From contig OZ234494.1 in assembly GCA_965153455.1 (NCBI GenBank), positions 186,001-250,000 of the forward strand: a stretch of DNA of 64,000 nt, given 5' to 3'. The DNA comes from Sphagnum compactum. Lineage: Eukaryota. The position numbers and the translations under genes are program-made. The first letter of the stretch is position 1, and every line of letters starts with the position of its first letter. Below, in pieces: positions 13,947-26,490 of the stretch. A model generated the notes under the pieces. The model saw nothing but the letters and a program-made list of their open reading frames with translations, did not search any database and was not told the DNA's origin.

Positions 13947-14882
13947 CTACAGAAAAAAAACACTCAATAATCATATGTATAGGATTAGCAGAAGCAATAG
14001 ATGTCAGCAAAGTAATCTTCAAAAAATACCTTCAGGCAAACCGCTCTCATGAACAAAAGAGCCTCTAAAACACACCAACTCTTTCCTTGAGTGCAAGGTT
14101 TCCTCCCTTGCTCTAGACATCCCTGAAAGCCGATCCAAGAGTGACAACTTGGAAAACGAGAAAGAAACATACAACAAAATCCTAAACACTAAAGCGTTGA
14201 GACACTGGAGGAGATCTTTTCCTCACAATCACGAAAGAAGGACCTGAGATAGAAGACATTTGAAAAAGAAGAAGAAAATCGTAATCTACCACAAAAAGAA
14301 ACAGGAAATGGAGACAAATCCAAGAGGCTTACAATCTAGCCTTAAACCCCTTGAACCTTACCCTTCCTGGGTTTTTTCACAATTGACATTCTTGTTTGTA
14401 AAACATAGGAGAGTTTAAGAGCCCCCCACTGATATTATTTGTGTCCCAAAATTTCGTTAATTTTCTCAAAAAAATATAATAGTTTTGTCAAATTTAGTTT
14501 ATTTTAGGTTAGTTTAAATTATTTAGTTGGGTTGAATTTAATTAGGTAAATTTAGGTTAGTTTAACTAAGTTTAGTTTATTTTAGTTCAGATTAAATTAA
14601 TTAAACCAACCCTAAACCCCACCCCCCCCCCCCCCCAATGAATTTGTACCAAAAAAAAAACCCCCTCCCATCCCCCTTCAACATATCAAAAAAAAAACCC
14701 TTGACCCCTTGTCCCTAGCCACTCAACAATGAAAAAAAAATTTAAGAAAAAAACTAACCCCTTTCCACATGTCAAATGAAGGGGAAAACACAAACATTAA
14801 CCTCCACCCCCCTCCCCCTCGACAGTAAAAAAATAAAATAAAAATCAAGGTGCACCCCCTCCCCCTGAACAATTAAAAAAAC

Positions 14883-15100
14883 AAAATAAAACAACTCCCT
14901 TAGCCCCTTTCAACAGTAAAAAGTAATTTATAAAAGTTACAAGCAATAAAAAAAACAAAAAGTAACAAAAAGTGAAAAAAGGTCAACAAAAAGAACCTGA
15001 CACTACATTAAAAAAACTTGCCAATATAGTGAATTTTTTGTGGTCAAAGAGCCTAAAGCCTGCGTCCTTATGAGTGCAAGGACCAGATCATATGTATAGG
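14883..15100 (+). mobile_element. Family A element 3' part, copy 2
   Basis: Similar to 8527-8813. Ends ctgcgtccttatgagtgcaaggaccag-ATCATATGTATAGG. Confidence 0.6.
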
Positions 15101-15460
15101 TTACAAACAATAAATTAAAATAATATATGTCTTTTTTACTTCTGATGTTTTGATGTGAAATATGTACAATTTACATTTAAAAACTAATCCATGCAATTAT
15201 CGTGATATAATTTTGAATAAAACTATGCAATTTTTGTGTATTAAACATTCACATTCACATATTTTCATTCAAAAATAATGTCTCATCTATTTGAGTATTT
15301 AAGATATTGAATATGTACAAATATTATTCATATTAACCATAACATGGAATTCCTGCGATTTTTATACAAACCTATGAAAAGCAAGATTTGCATAAAATTT
15401 GTACAAACCTATGAAGTTTGATAAATTTGTGATGAAGACCCTGTCACTAGAAGGGTGTAG

Positions 15461-15651
15461 TTTATAATAGCTATAATATAATATTCTAAAAGTTATTAGG
15501 AGAGAAAAGAGTTCCAACTACGTTAAGGCCCCCTTATAACCTGCCTATAAATAAAGGGGGCTCCTATTTGAGTATAAAACCCATTTTGTAAAAAGGGTAA
15601 CTACTTGATTGCTTGGAGATATGCCCACATCTCCAAAATCATACACATAGG
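15461..15651 (+). mobile_element. Family B element 3' part, copy 1
   Basis: Similar to 17023-17228. Stem TTGGAGAT/ATCTCCAA, then ATCATACACATAGG. Confidence 0.6.
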
Positions 15652-16390
15652 GAACCCATTGGAACCCCACTTAAGTTGTGAAAAAAAGAGAAATAAAAAG
15701 ATCTTAAACTATGTCATTCCACAATGAAAACTTGTGAAGGTTTTAAGGAAAAAAAAAACAAACATACCACCATAATAATTATGAAGAGAGGCAAAAAAAG
15801 AATTATACACTTTATTTTAAACCAATAATTGTGAGAAAGAAAAATAAAATGAACAAGTAAAGGTAGCACATTAGAACCCCACTTGGGTTATGAAATAGAG
15901 AGAAATAAATACACAAATATGTCATTCCATAGTGAAAACTTGTGAAAGTCTTAAAAACGAAAAAGAATGGACCACTTTAATAATTATGAAGAGGAAAAAA
16001 AAAGTGAATCTACATTTTATTCTAGGCCAAGAGTTGTGAGAAGAAAAAATAAAATAAAAATAAAGGCAACTCATTGGAACCTCACTTGGGTTGTGAAGAA
16101 AAAGAGAAATTAAAAAGATCCTAAACTATGTCATTCCACAATGAAGACTTGTGAAAGTCACCACAAAAAAAAAAAAACCATCATAATAGTTATGAGGAGA
16201 GGAGAAAAAAAACCCTACACTTTATCCCATGCCAAGTGTTGTTAGAAGGGAAAAATAAAATTGAACAAGTAAAGGTAACCAATTAGAACCCCACTTGTGT
16301 TGGAAAAAAGAACATAAAATAGTGAAGACTTGTAAAAGTCTTAAAAGAAAATAAAAATATCACCTTAATAGTTATGAGGAGGAAAAAAAA
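15652..16390 (+). repeat. ~205-bp tandem repeat, about 3.5-4 units
   Basis: Recurring att(g/a)gaacc(c/t)cactt...gaa(a/g)acttgt...ttatga(a/g)ga at about 15656, 15862, 16063 and 16272. Confidence 0.8.
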
Positions 16391-17022
16391 AGTATCATCC
16401 GTTCCAAACCCACCTTAACCCAAAATCCTACAAATGAAAAGCTGAATCATCCATCTTGAAAAGAAGATAAAAAAAGAAGACCCACCGAAACCTCTCTTAC
16501 ATTAATTTAAAAGGCTCAAAAATAGATCATGTAAGCCCCACCATTTACTCAACTTCAAAAGAAATCAATTAAAAAGAACTTCAATTCAAACCCTTGAACC
16601 TGTCAATTTAGAATCCTAAATTTTAAAAATTTTAACACACTTCCGTCCTCTTGCATGCCACTCACCCTCTATATATATATTTAAAAAAATAAAATAAAAT
16701 CCTTCTCATCCCTCTCCCAAATAGTTGGATAGTCTAGTAAATGTGGACTGTCCACACATTTTTTAACATATTCAACCACCCTACACCTCAAAACACAAAA
16801 AAAAAAAAGAAAAAAAAAAAAAAGAAAAAACCTCCCATCCCTTCACCCAAATATATAGTTGGACAACCTAATAATTGTGGATTATTCACACATATTTTTA
16901 ACATCTTCATTGCCTTTGCACTCTCACTCACCTCAAAACACAGAAAAAAGGGAAAAAACTCCCATCTCCTCACCCAAAAATTGATGGGTCAAAGATTTCC
17001 CTAATCAAAATTTTATGAACAA

Positions 17023-17228
17023 TCTATAATAACTATAATAGTACAATATTTAACAAGCTATTTAAGGAGAAAAGAGGTCCAACGACTCTAAATCCCCCTC
17101 CCCCGCTCCCTCTCATAACCTGCCTACATATAAAGAGAGCTCTTGCATGAGGATAAAGCCCCTTTTATAGGGGGTAACTACCTGGCTGCTTGAAGATGTG
17201 CCCAAATCTTCAAGATCATATACATAGG
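17023..17228 (+). mobile_element. Family B element 3' part, copy 2
   Basis: Perfect 9-bp stem CTTGAAGAT/ATCTTCAAG immediately followed by ATCATATACATAGG. Confidence 0.6.
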
Positions 17229-20200
17229 TTGCTTACAAATCTCTCTCTTTCCCATCTTGCAAAACCCAAACTAAATCTAAGTCACATAGTCTCAAATTCC
17301 TTGGCCAAATGGCTACATTCTACAGCCTCAGCCAATCAACTGCAGGCCATTTTTCCTGGCTAAAGGCTTAATGTAGGACTAGATAGTCATGGTGTACCAT
17401 AGGAAGGCTTGTTCACAAAATGAAAAATGGTTAACAATGTTGCATGTCACTGATGAGAAATGAGTTAAAATGTTTTGGCTTTCTAAGATCATTACACAGG
17501 ACTTGAGGTCTGAAGTTTTCACTATGAGTTGTTTGTGTTAACAAATCCTCTTCAAATTCTTCCAGGATCCACAACTAAGTCTTGAACACCATTCTCATCT
17601 GATATACTGAATGATTTGTGAAGAAGGACTTTCTCAGCTCTTCAATCCTCCTAGGATCCTCCATAATCTTCAACACTACTACTTCCTATATACTGAATGA
17701 TTGCGAAGTAAGGACTTTCACTGAACCTCATATAATTGTCCTTACATTGGTGACCAACACGTGCATCTTTGGATAAGAAAATGTTATCACTAAGACAAGA
17801 ATCTTTGTGGATGCTGAAAAATATGCAATTCGACGGTGAGTAGAGCTAGATAAACTGCTTTTTCAAATCCAGGTCACTTATAAGGGGAACACCCTGAAAC
17901 CATGCATGGCAAAGTGCTTAGATGGCTACCAGTTTGTCGTACTAATAATTGTTTCAGGTATTGTCAATAATGACAATCAGAAGCTCGACATGCATGAAGA
18001 TGGAACAACAAATTCCAAGAGGCAGAGTCTTGTGTAAAAGAATTACAAAGAGGACAAATCCTGTATCCAGCCATCAAAATTCCAGCATTGTCATGGCTGG
18101 AATGAATCCTACAATGGCCAAAATTTTGTGATCCAGATGAAAGCTTTTCTATCCACTAGTTTACAATACCCCCTAAACTGCTTGTAAACTGCTGATAGGG
18201 GTAATTGAGGCAATTGTACCTGTGCCAATTAACCTTTTTTTGAACTTGAGAGCAAACGAACAAGCTCCTTACCAAACTCCAGTGTTTCCTCCTCACCATC
18301 ATCATAATGTACTGCAAACTGCAACTTCTGGGGGAAGACATCCACCACAGTACCTTGGTACCTGCCATCAGGACAAGTCCATTGTCAAATAGCTGAAGAG
18401 ATGGCAGCAGTGCCTAATATCCTGCTGGTACATCGATCTGCTGAAGATAGGAAAATATATGGTTTCCAGAATTAATGATTCCCTTTCACAATCTTGCAGA
18501 TGTGGACACAAAGTCCTATACCACTGAGCAGCACCGTCATCATTCCAGAAACCTACAATTTCCAACATGATAGGATCTATACAGCTTCAAATGACTGCGT
18601 CAGGTTCAGACCACAATAAAACCACCAAAATCTCAAACCCAAGACCCTAAACCTGGTTCAGACCAAAACCCTGGACTCAGTTTGTTTCAACTGGTTGACT
18701 TTTGGTGTTTCCACCAAGTAACTACAAACCTACACATGCAGTAGTCACTGAGAAGATAGGAAAACTCCTGAATCGAGTTATTGCATGAAGATGATCTCTC
18801 AAATCTCGTAAGTTAACAAGCTTGTGGGTCAGAGATGTGACAGGAAGACAAGGACTACCAGATATTGTCAATGGGCCAAAACACCTCAACACGCTTGGTA
18901 ATAGCATCTGTACCAAGCCTCTGAAGTATCCAGCTATCATCTGCAGAAGAGTCTCTTGTCATTGTCCGACCTGTAAACTTTTCATCTCCTCCCTTTTGTG
19001 CTACAAGAGATCTTTTCCGCTTCAGGCACTGCTCCCTCACAGATATTGGGAAATCATCATGATTATGAGTTTTCTTGCTGTCCAAGCCAGATTTGGGCAG
19101 TAGCATATCACGGGTGGATTGTCTTTTGATTTTGAGATGTAGAGAATCTTTCAAACTGCTACCAGTTGTTGCATTACGCAGGGGCCGTCCACTTTCACCT
19201 TGCTTGCCCCCAAGATCAGCAACTTTGAGTCGTTTTCTTGGTGCATCTAAAGCATCATCATTATCCATATCATCGACAATCTCCTTTGTCTTTCTTTGCC
19301 GCTCCTTCCGAACCTCTGTGCAAACTCGTAAACAAGCAATACTCTGCTCTTTTTCACCCTCTGGTGCCTGTGCTGCATTTGGCTTAATTGTCTGGGTTCC
19401 TGGTTCCTCTATCCCTGTTGATTGCACCTCTCTGGAGTTTCGTGAATTGTGCCATGGGGTAGTCTCCATATCACGATACTTTGAACTTGGAACTCGTCGC
19501 CTCCTTACACTTTCGGAGTGTCCCGTCCAATGCAGAGGGGATGTGCCTGGGTCAAATACCATACAAGGGACAATTCATCAGTCAACTGAATAATGTGCAA
19601 AAAGCAGGGAAAGGTTTCCTGAATGGCAGGCTGAAGCAGGAAGGCAAATTTTGAGATTTTATTTGGACACAAGCTAATATTATTCAGCAGCAGAATACAC
19701 CTTCAGTGGCATCAGAACCAAGCAAGGCCAGAAACAAATAACCCAAAACCCTCAAAGAGAAGATATTTTGCATGTGTGAATGCCAGGAAAGTCAGGGAAA
19801 ATTTTCCTAGTACCTCTGGTAGGTGGATTTTGCAAAGTGCTATGATGTTCTCCTGCACTGTCTGATTCCTGATGCCAAGTATTCTTGGTGGTCTCTTCTA
19901 GACCTGAATTACAGAATCCAGTTCCCAATTCATGTTTAAAACCCTTTTTCTTGCCTTGTATCACGGAGTTGGCTTTCAAACCCTACAAACCAAGATACAA
20001 CTGAAATCAACATGCCAATCAATCTCAAGCTGACTTCTAAGAATCAGACCTTCAAAGACCATCCCCACTCTGTTTGATGCTGACAGCCCCACTAACGTCT
20101 CCTTCTTTGCTGCCTCTGCCACAACACCATCCTTCAAACTTTGGTTTCTGCCAGCCCTCTTTGCAAATTCTCTGTGCTTTTTCTCCTTTCCTGCATTGTT

Positions 20201-22789
20201 AGTTGGAGTCTCACTTTGAACATGGACACCAATCTCTTCACTTCCAGAAAATTTTAACCTCTTAGTCTTTTGCATGAGCTCAGTTGTGACCGGATCTTGA
20301 GAACTGACAAGGTCACCAGCTGCTGTATCTTTGCACTTCAGTTTCCCCAAAATTCCTTCAGTTTTCAAAGCTCTATTTTCCTTCTTCTTCATTGTCTTTC
20401 TGGGCACCTCTGGATCTGACTTACTTCTCAATTGCTTCGTTGCCTTCTGATTGCCAGTCTTTGTCTCCTCTGTATCTAAGATGATAGTTTTCATATGTGA
20501 CCCATCATTACCAACAACATTCTCCTCTGTTGACTTCTTCATTAAAGATCCCTTGCTCTTTTGTGAATGCAGCTTGCTAGATGTCCTGTCTGAAGCCTTC
20601 CCATAAATTTTTCTGTTCCTTATGCCATCTTTGTGTATCACCAGCTTCTTCAACGCCTTGGTATTCTTGAGTCCACCATCATGCTCAATCCCACTGGTAC
20701 CTACCTTCTTGGTTTTTTTCATCACTTGTTTGGAGCTTCCTTTCATGTGATTGATCACCTCATGGACTTGTATTTCATCTTCAGAAGACGGATAAAGCAT
20801 TTTCATTTCATCCTCTGAAGGAAGCCCTGCTGCAGTTCGTAACTCTGCTTTTTGCTCAGCATCAGCTAAATCTCTTCTTCTCCACATCTCTTCCACTCCA
20901 TTGTCTAGATCAGTGACCTGTATAGCGGATCAAAGAACACATGATTTAAGCCTGAAAGCCCATGATCACTCCTCTGGAATGTCATATTCTCTATTGTTCA
21001 TCGCTTGTATGACATACAATAGAACAATGGGAATACTCCAATGTCCATTCATAAACCAACTGTACACTGACCCTTCCATTCAATCTGTAATTTCTTCCCA
21101 CATCATTGAATTATTGCATCAAGAACTCAGCAGCTGCAGTTTATGGCTACATCTTTGTCAAACCAAACACATAGTAGAATTGTACAAAACCATTTTGCAC
21201 TCAGATTGCTCATTGATTTAGTTGGAAATGATTTAGGTGTTGGGCAAGACATTCAAGAAAAACTGAACAGAAACCAGCCAACCCCTCTCCAATTTCTTCA
21301 TATTGTCAAGAAAGAGGCATAGTACATGGCAGAACAGATTGGTCAGGCCAGGTAAGGAGAAAGGACCTTGTAACACTTGCCACAACAAGCAGCACAGGTA
21401 TAGTGCAGATTGTCATCGACTTGATACTGCTGATATTTTTCATCACTGCAAGATGGTTCCAGTCAAAGCTATATCTGCATAAGAATTGAGAGCTTCCCAA
21501 TACTTGCAATTGAAGTTCACCCAGGAATAGATATTGTCAGAGGAGAAGGATGGGAAAATTATAATCAAATGTTCTGAGACCATCACCGCAATCTGTGGCA
21601 CGCAAAAAAAGACCCCAAAGAAGCCCAACCCAGACTAGAAACCAGAAATGTAAAAAATAAAATAAAAACATAAAGTAACATGAATCATAAAAACAGTCCC
21701 TTGTAGGTTCAGTGACCATCAACAGCAACACATTGTAGTGGATAGTTACTGGGTATTCCCACAAACTTTATCAGCTTCCAGCACTGCTTGAAGGTCAATG
21801 GCAGACATCAACCAACACACCCAGTTTCTGTTACAAGTTCAGAAGTGATGGGAAGACTAAGCCATGATGCTAAGTTAAAGGATTCATTTTGAAGATGCAA
21901 ATTTTTTGAAAACATGAGACTTAAAATGTCCTACCCAAAACACTGTTCATTAGAACCTTCTTCTAACAAGGTTGACCTTTGCCTAAAATGCTGAGAAATC
22001 AAAAGACTGAAGTGACATAGACATTAAAAGGCCCTGACAGCATGAAAATCCCTAAGGCATATCATTCAGTATCTATAAGGACTTGGCAGATCCCTGCAAG
22101 GAGTTGGCTAAAGAATATTCCAGAATTGTATTGAAACTCCAGCAACAAGGAAGTTTGAGATAAAAAAGGTGACAAAAGATGTGAGATTTAGGTGCCACCA
22201 TCAAATCATTAAGTCTTCCTATCTGTTCAGCACAGTCCTGAAATATCTTTTGTCAGGAATGTGGCCATCTAAAAAATTTACTTTCAGCATTGTCGCTCAC
22301 AATCTTAGCTCACTCAACTCTCCTACTGTGCTTCTGTTCTTGACTGTGTGTAGCATCAGTTAATCTTCACACCAATGAGCTTCCACTACAATCTTTTAAA
22401 CTGTAAATATATTGGGGACTAACAAAGCTCTGCATCAAAGTTTCAGAACTTCAATACATCTATCTGCCAAAACTTTACAAGCATTGGAAATTCCACACTT
22501 ATGTACACTGGAGAGCTGGCATTAACAAGGATAATGACCCAGTGGATAGCCGTGTCAAATCCAGAGTAAGGGCAGGATTGCGGAGAACTTTCAAATACAT
22601 TCAGAATTTTTTGTGAATAATCTAATAGGAAATTCATGTCTATAAGATTGCACAGAAAAACTCCACAGTAAAACTTCAAAGGTAACTGTTGTGTCAGTTC
22701 CAGAAACACCAAACTAACACAACGAGGAATGTGGTCATAACTCATAACCTGATAAGTGTCACTCAAAAAGTACTGGAGCATCACCTTCA

Positions 22790-24660
22790 TCATGAAAGCA
22801 GTGACTGGATGTGATTCTCATCAGTGACTTCTATCAGCTCTGGATGGTGGCTGAAAATAAGTATTTTTAGTTAGCTGCAAATTTCAAGCAAACAGCTATA
22901 CAAAAATCTGTGTCCTGAGCTTGTTTCATTTCTGGAATAAATGGGAAGACTCAATCATAATGTTGGCTAACACTCAAGAGACATAGCTAATCAGCAAAGT
23001 CAATAATATTCTCATCCAAGCTGCAACTAGGTGTGAGGATAAGCTTTATTTCATTTTAGCTTGACCCTGTCTAAGCAAGCATTCAAGGCACAGAGAGTAG
23101 TTGGAATAGTTGTTTAACCCTCCTGTACCCTGAGAATACCCTTTGAAGGAAATCTCCTAGGAGTTCCATGACATTGGCTTATGCAGCAGATAGGGTGACA
23201 AAACTATAGATTAATTTGTAGGGTAAAGCTAAGGAGCAGGGCTGTGCAGAAATAAGGGAACCATGCAATGCGGGAGCCAAGAGGGGGGTCCCATATTTCT
23301 GCACAGCCCTGCTCCCAGGGATTTACACAGCATAAAGTATATCTCTCATAAGAATTGAGAAATCTCCATTCTTATGACTAAGAAAAAGAAAAGAAAGGTT
23401 AACACTTCTTCCACCAGCCACAGAGAATTCCAAAGAAGGAAAGATAAAACAGTGAACAAAGGACCAAGAAACCAAGAAAAAAAACACGAAAGCAGTATGA
23501 ACAGCAGTGCCAGTCTCACACCTATTCAGGGACCATCAACAGAAGCATGTATAATAGTGACTTCTCTATCGCAACTTTCCCACTGACTTCATCAGCTCCC
23601 TACAGGGGGTAAAGGCCAGTGAAAACACTAACCTGCATACCGAGTTTCTGCTGCAATTCTAGAAGCAATGGGAAGACTCAGCCATGCTACTGGCTAGCAA
23701 CAAACAACAACACAAGGAGATAACAAAAAACAGAAAAACACAACAGGATAGACAAAACAGACAGAAAAGGACAGCAGAGAAGAACAAAGACCAAGTGGTT
23801 TACAAGAAGCTCACCACTTATAAGACTTTCTACAAAATCATTCTGAAAACTCCAAATGCTGAAATTCCAACAAGGAATATTTTCTTATTGAGCAACCCTC
23901 TAGTCCTCTTCAGCAGAATCGTTAGAGGGTAGCCTTTAATAAAGATGAGCTTGGATTTTCTTTTCAACAGAGCTAGTGTGAAGCAACCAGGCGGGAGCAT
24001 GTAGTCAGTGTGTTGTTGGTGTGGACTGCACGAGGGAGGGGTGGGATAAGGGAAAGAAAACAAGTAGGAATGCAACATCCTGGTGGGGGGAGTGTAATGC
24101 CTGGTCAAACCATAAGATCCCAGTCAAAATGGGAATTTCCCTAAGTCTGGGGGAGGGAAGTAATGCTCCAAAAAGCCTGCCCATTTAGTGTTAGAAAGAT
24201 GGGCCGGGTCTTCACGACTGAACCAAGGACCACTTGGAAGCTGGGAAATACAACACATACAGCTCCTGTCAGTTCTGAGAAATGCTCTTTCAGAACTACA
24301 GACTCTGAAGTCATAACCTCATGAGAGTTGCTCAGAAATTCACTCAGACCATCACTTTCACCATGAAAAGCAGTGACAACTGCAATGACTACCCACTGAC
24401 TTCAGCAGCTCCTGACAGTGGGTGTAGATAAGTATATAATCATCAGGACAAAATCTGGGGAAAGAATTATATGAACTCTGTGTCCTTAGTTTCTGTCACA
24501 TTTCTGGAAACCATGGGAAGACTCAGTCATGATGTTAGCTAGCACTCAAGAGACATAGCTAATTCAAAAAGTCAATAGTGTCCCCATTCAAGCTGCAACA
24601 AGCTTGTCAGGGTAAGCTTCATTCATTTTAGCTTGTCCCTGTAAAGCAAGCATCTAAGCC
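22790..24660. repeat. Diverged ~300-bp segment present twice (22790-23090, 24362-24660) in the 3.5-kb PHD intron, with partial copies near 21850 and 23670
   Basis: Shared gggaagactca...cactcaagagacatagctaa...caagctgcaac...tcattttagcttg...aagcaagcat. Confidence 0.7.
23233..23315. repeat. Perfect 22-bp inverted repeat hairpin (MITE- or pre-miRNA-like) in intron
   Basis: GGAGCAGGGCTGTGCAGAAATA (23233-23254) and TATTTCTGCACAGCCCTGCTCC (23294-23315). Confidence 0.9.
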
Positions 24661-26264
24661 AAAGAAAAAGAAAGGCCTACATAGAGGGTAGTGGTTTAGC
24701 TCACCACTGGTAACTTCTTTGATGCAGAACATCTGCTGAAGTGACTAGAACAATTCCCAACAGACCTACAAACCAGAAGGACTAACTCCAAGCTAATCAC
24801 AGCCCCGGGCAGCAGATTTTGAAATGGCTTCCACCCATATATAGAGAAATTTACATAAATTTTCACATAGTGCAACCTGGGAAAAGGGAGAAAGCATGAC
24901 ATCTGTGAGAAATGAGGGTTTAGGCTCAAGATGGGGAAATGACAGACCTGATGCCATCACAGCCACAATGAACCCAATGCTCACACAAATCACAACACAC
25001 CATCGGTGAAGGTTCTGAATCCCGATACACCTGTCCAACAAAAACCACATGGTGATAAGATAGCTAAGCAGCAGGATAAGGAACTACTTGTACATTTCCA
25101 AAGACAGGTGGCTCTAAAGTTCCATTTTCAGCTTTTGTGGCTAGAACTTTTTTTATTGAAGCTAAAAAACATGACTGTCTGGTCCTTAAATCAACACAAA
25201 CACAGAGGTCAAAAACTGCAAAACGTAGTAGCATCAAGCATGAATCTGAGACATTTCGCTAGCCTAAAAGCCAAACCTATACAGACTTGACCAGGTTGGC
25301 CCTCTCAATCTCACACTGACTGATTAATTCTAAGGAGTTGACCAAGCTCCATTGAAGCAGTACACACTGCTATCACAAGGATCACCCTATCACAAGCAAA
25401 CCAAACATAACCTGTGGAAGGTAATTAAAACTCAATAAGCACAGTTCTGACATAATCTTGGGAATGCAAGTTTGCCTTCAAGCAGATTGGACAGTATTTT
25501 CCCTTTACAAACAGCCTTCCACATGCATCGCACATAGTATAGGACAAAAACCACCTGCACAGCACCCATCCACACATTACATCGCTGTAGTGCAGAAGGA
25601 TGGCAGCTAGACATATGTATTAGCATTGTGCAGGAAGAAGAATTAGATCTGTCTACAAGCTGTCTGTACCTACATTCCACATACATACCTGCTGTAAGCA
25701 GTTTGAAGTCAAAAAGATGAAGAAACCCAGATAAGACAAAGATAGCATAAGATCTGACATTGGACCTGCCCCTTAGTTTGCATGTCAGCTAAAACTTTAC
25801 ATGTTATACCAACCTGGACATCTTGGTCCAGGGCACTCAGGAGAAACTGTTAAGTTGTCCATACCTAGAACTAACACCACCTCCAGGAACATGGGTTCCA
25901 CAGCTATGACAGCGGGCATGTTTTGGACACATAAAAGGACCCTTTGGCACGTGCTGCAAAGAACCACAGCACATCTATATTAGCCCAGAAAACATGCTGA
26001 GAGGTCGACTGAAAGCTACCTTGCATGACTAATGGTCCTAGCTATCCTTTCTCCAAAATTTCTTCCACTTAACTTTCTTGTTCAGAGTGCTCTAAGACAT
26101 CAAGCCTGAAGCAAGAAAAGAACCATTCCTGATTTCACCAGAACCCTCTAGTCTCAAGACCTTGTCTAACTATCTCACTGAGAAGATACTTGTCCAAATG
26201 TTCAGAGCCAGAACCCAAACCATAAACACAAGCACCCTCTCATCCAGGATAACAACCTTTCACA

Positions 26265-26490
26265 TAGTGAAAAACTTGGTCAGGCCCAAAGATCTTCCCA
26301 ATGCCCACAATGATGACAATATGTATACTGCCCAGCTTATAGTGCAAAACTTGGTCAGGCCCAAAGATCTTCCCAATGCCCACAATGATGACAATCTGTA
26401 TACTGCCCAGCTTATAGTGCAAAACTTGGTCAGGCCCAAAGATTTTCCCAATGCCCACAAATGGTCACAATCTGTGTACTGCCCAGCTTA
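26265..26490. repeat. 3 x 75-bp tandem repeat abutting the PHD exon-5 splice donor
   Basis: Units start at 26265, 26340 and 26415 (tagtgcaaaacttggtcaggcccaaagat...ctgcccagctta). Confidence 0.95.

Noticed and set aside
19075-19593. 172-aa plus-strand ORF
   Set aside because: Antisense to a PHD gene exon.
23855-24240. tRNA-derived SINE or tRNA in the PHD intron
   Set aside because: Only a weak A-box-like stretch; no B-box or cloverleaf found.
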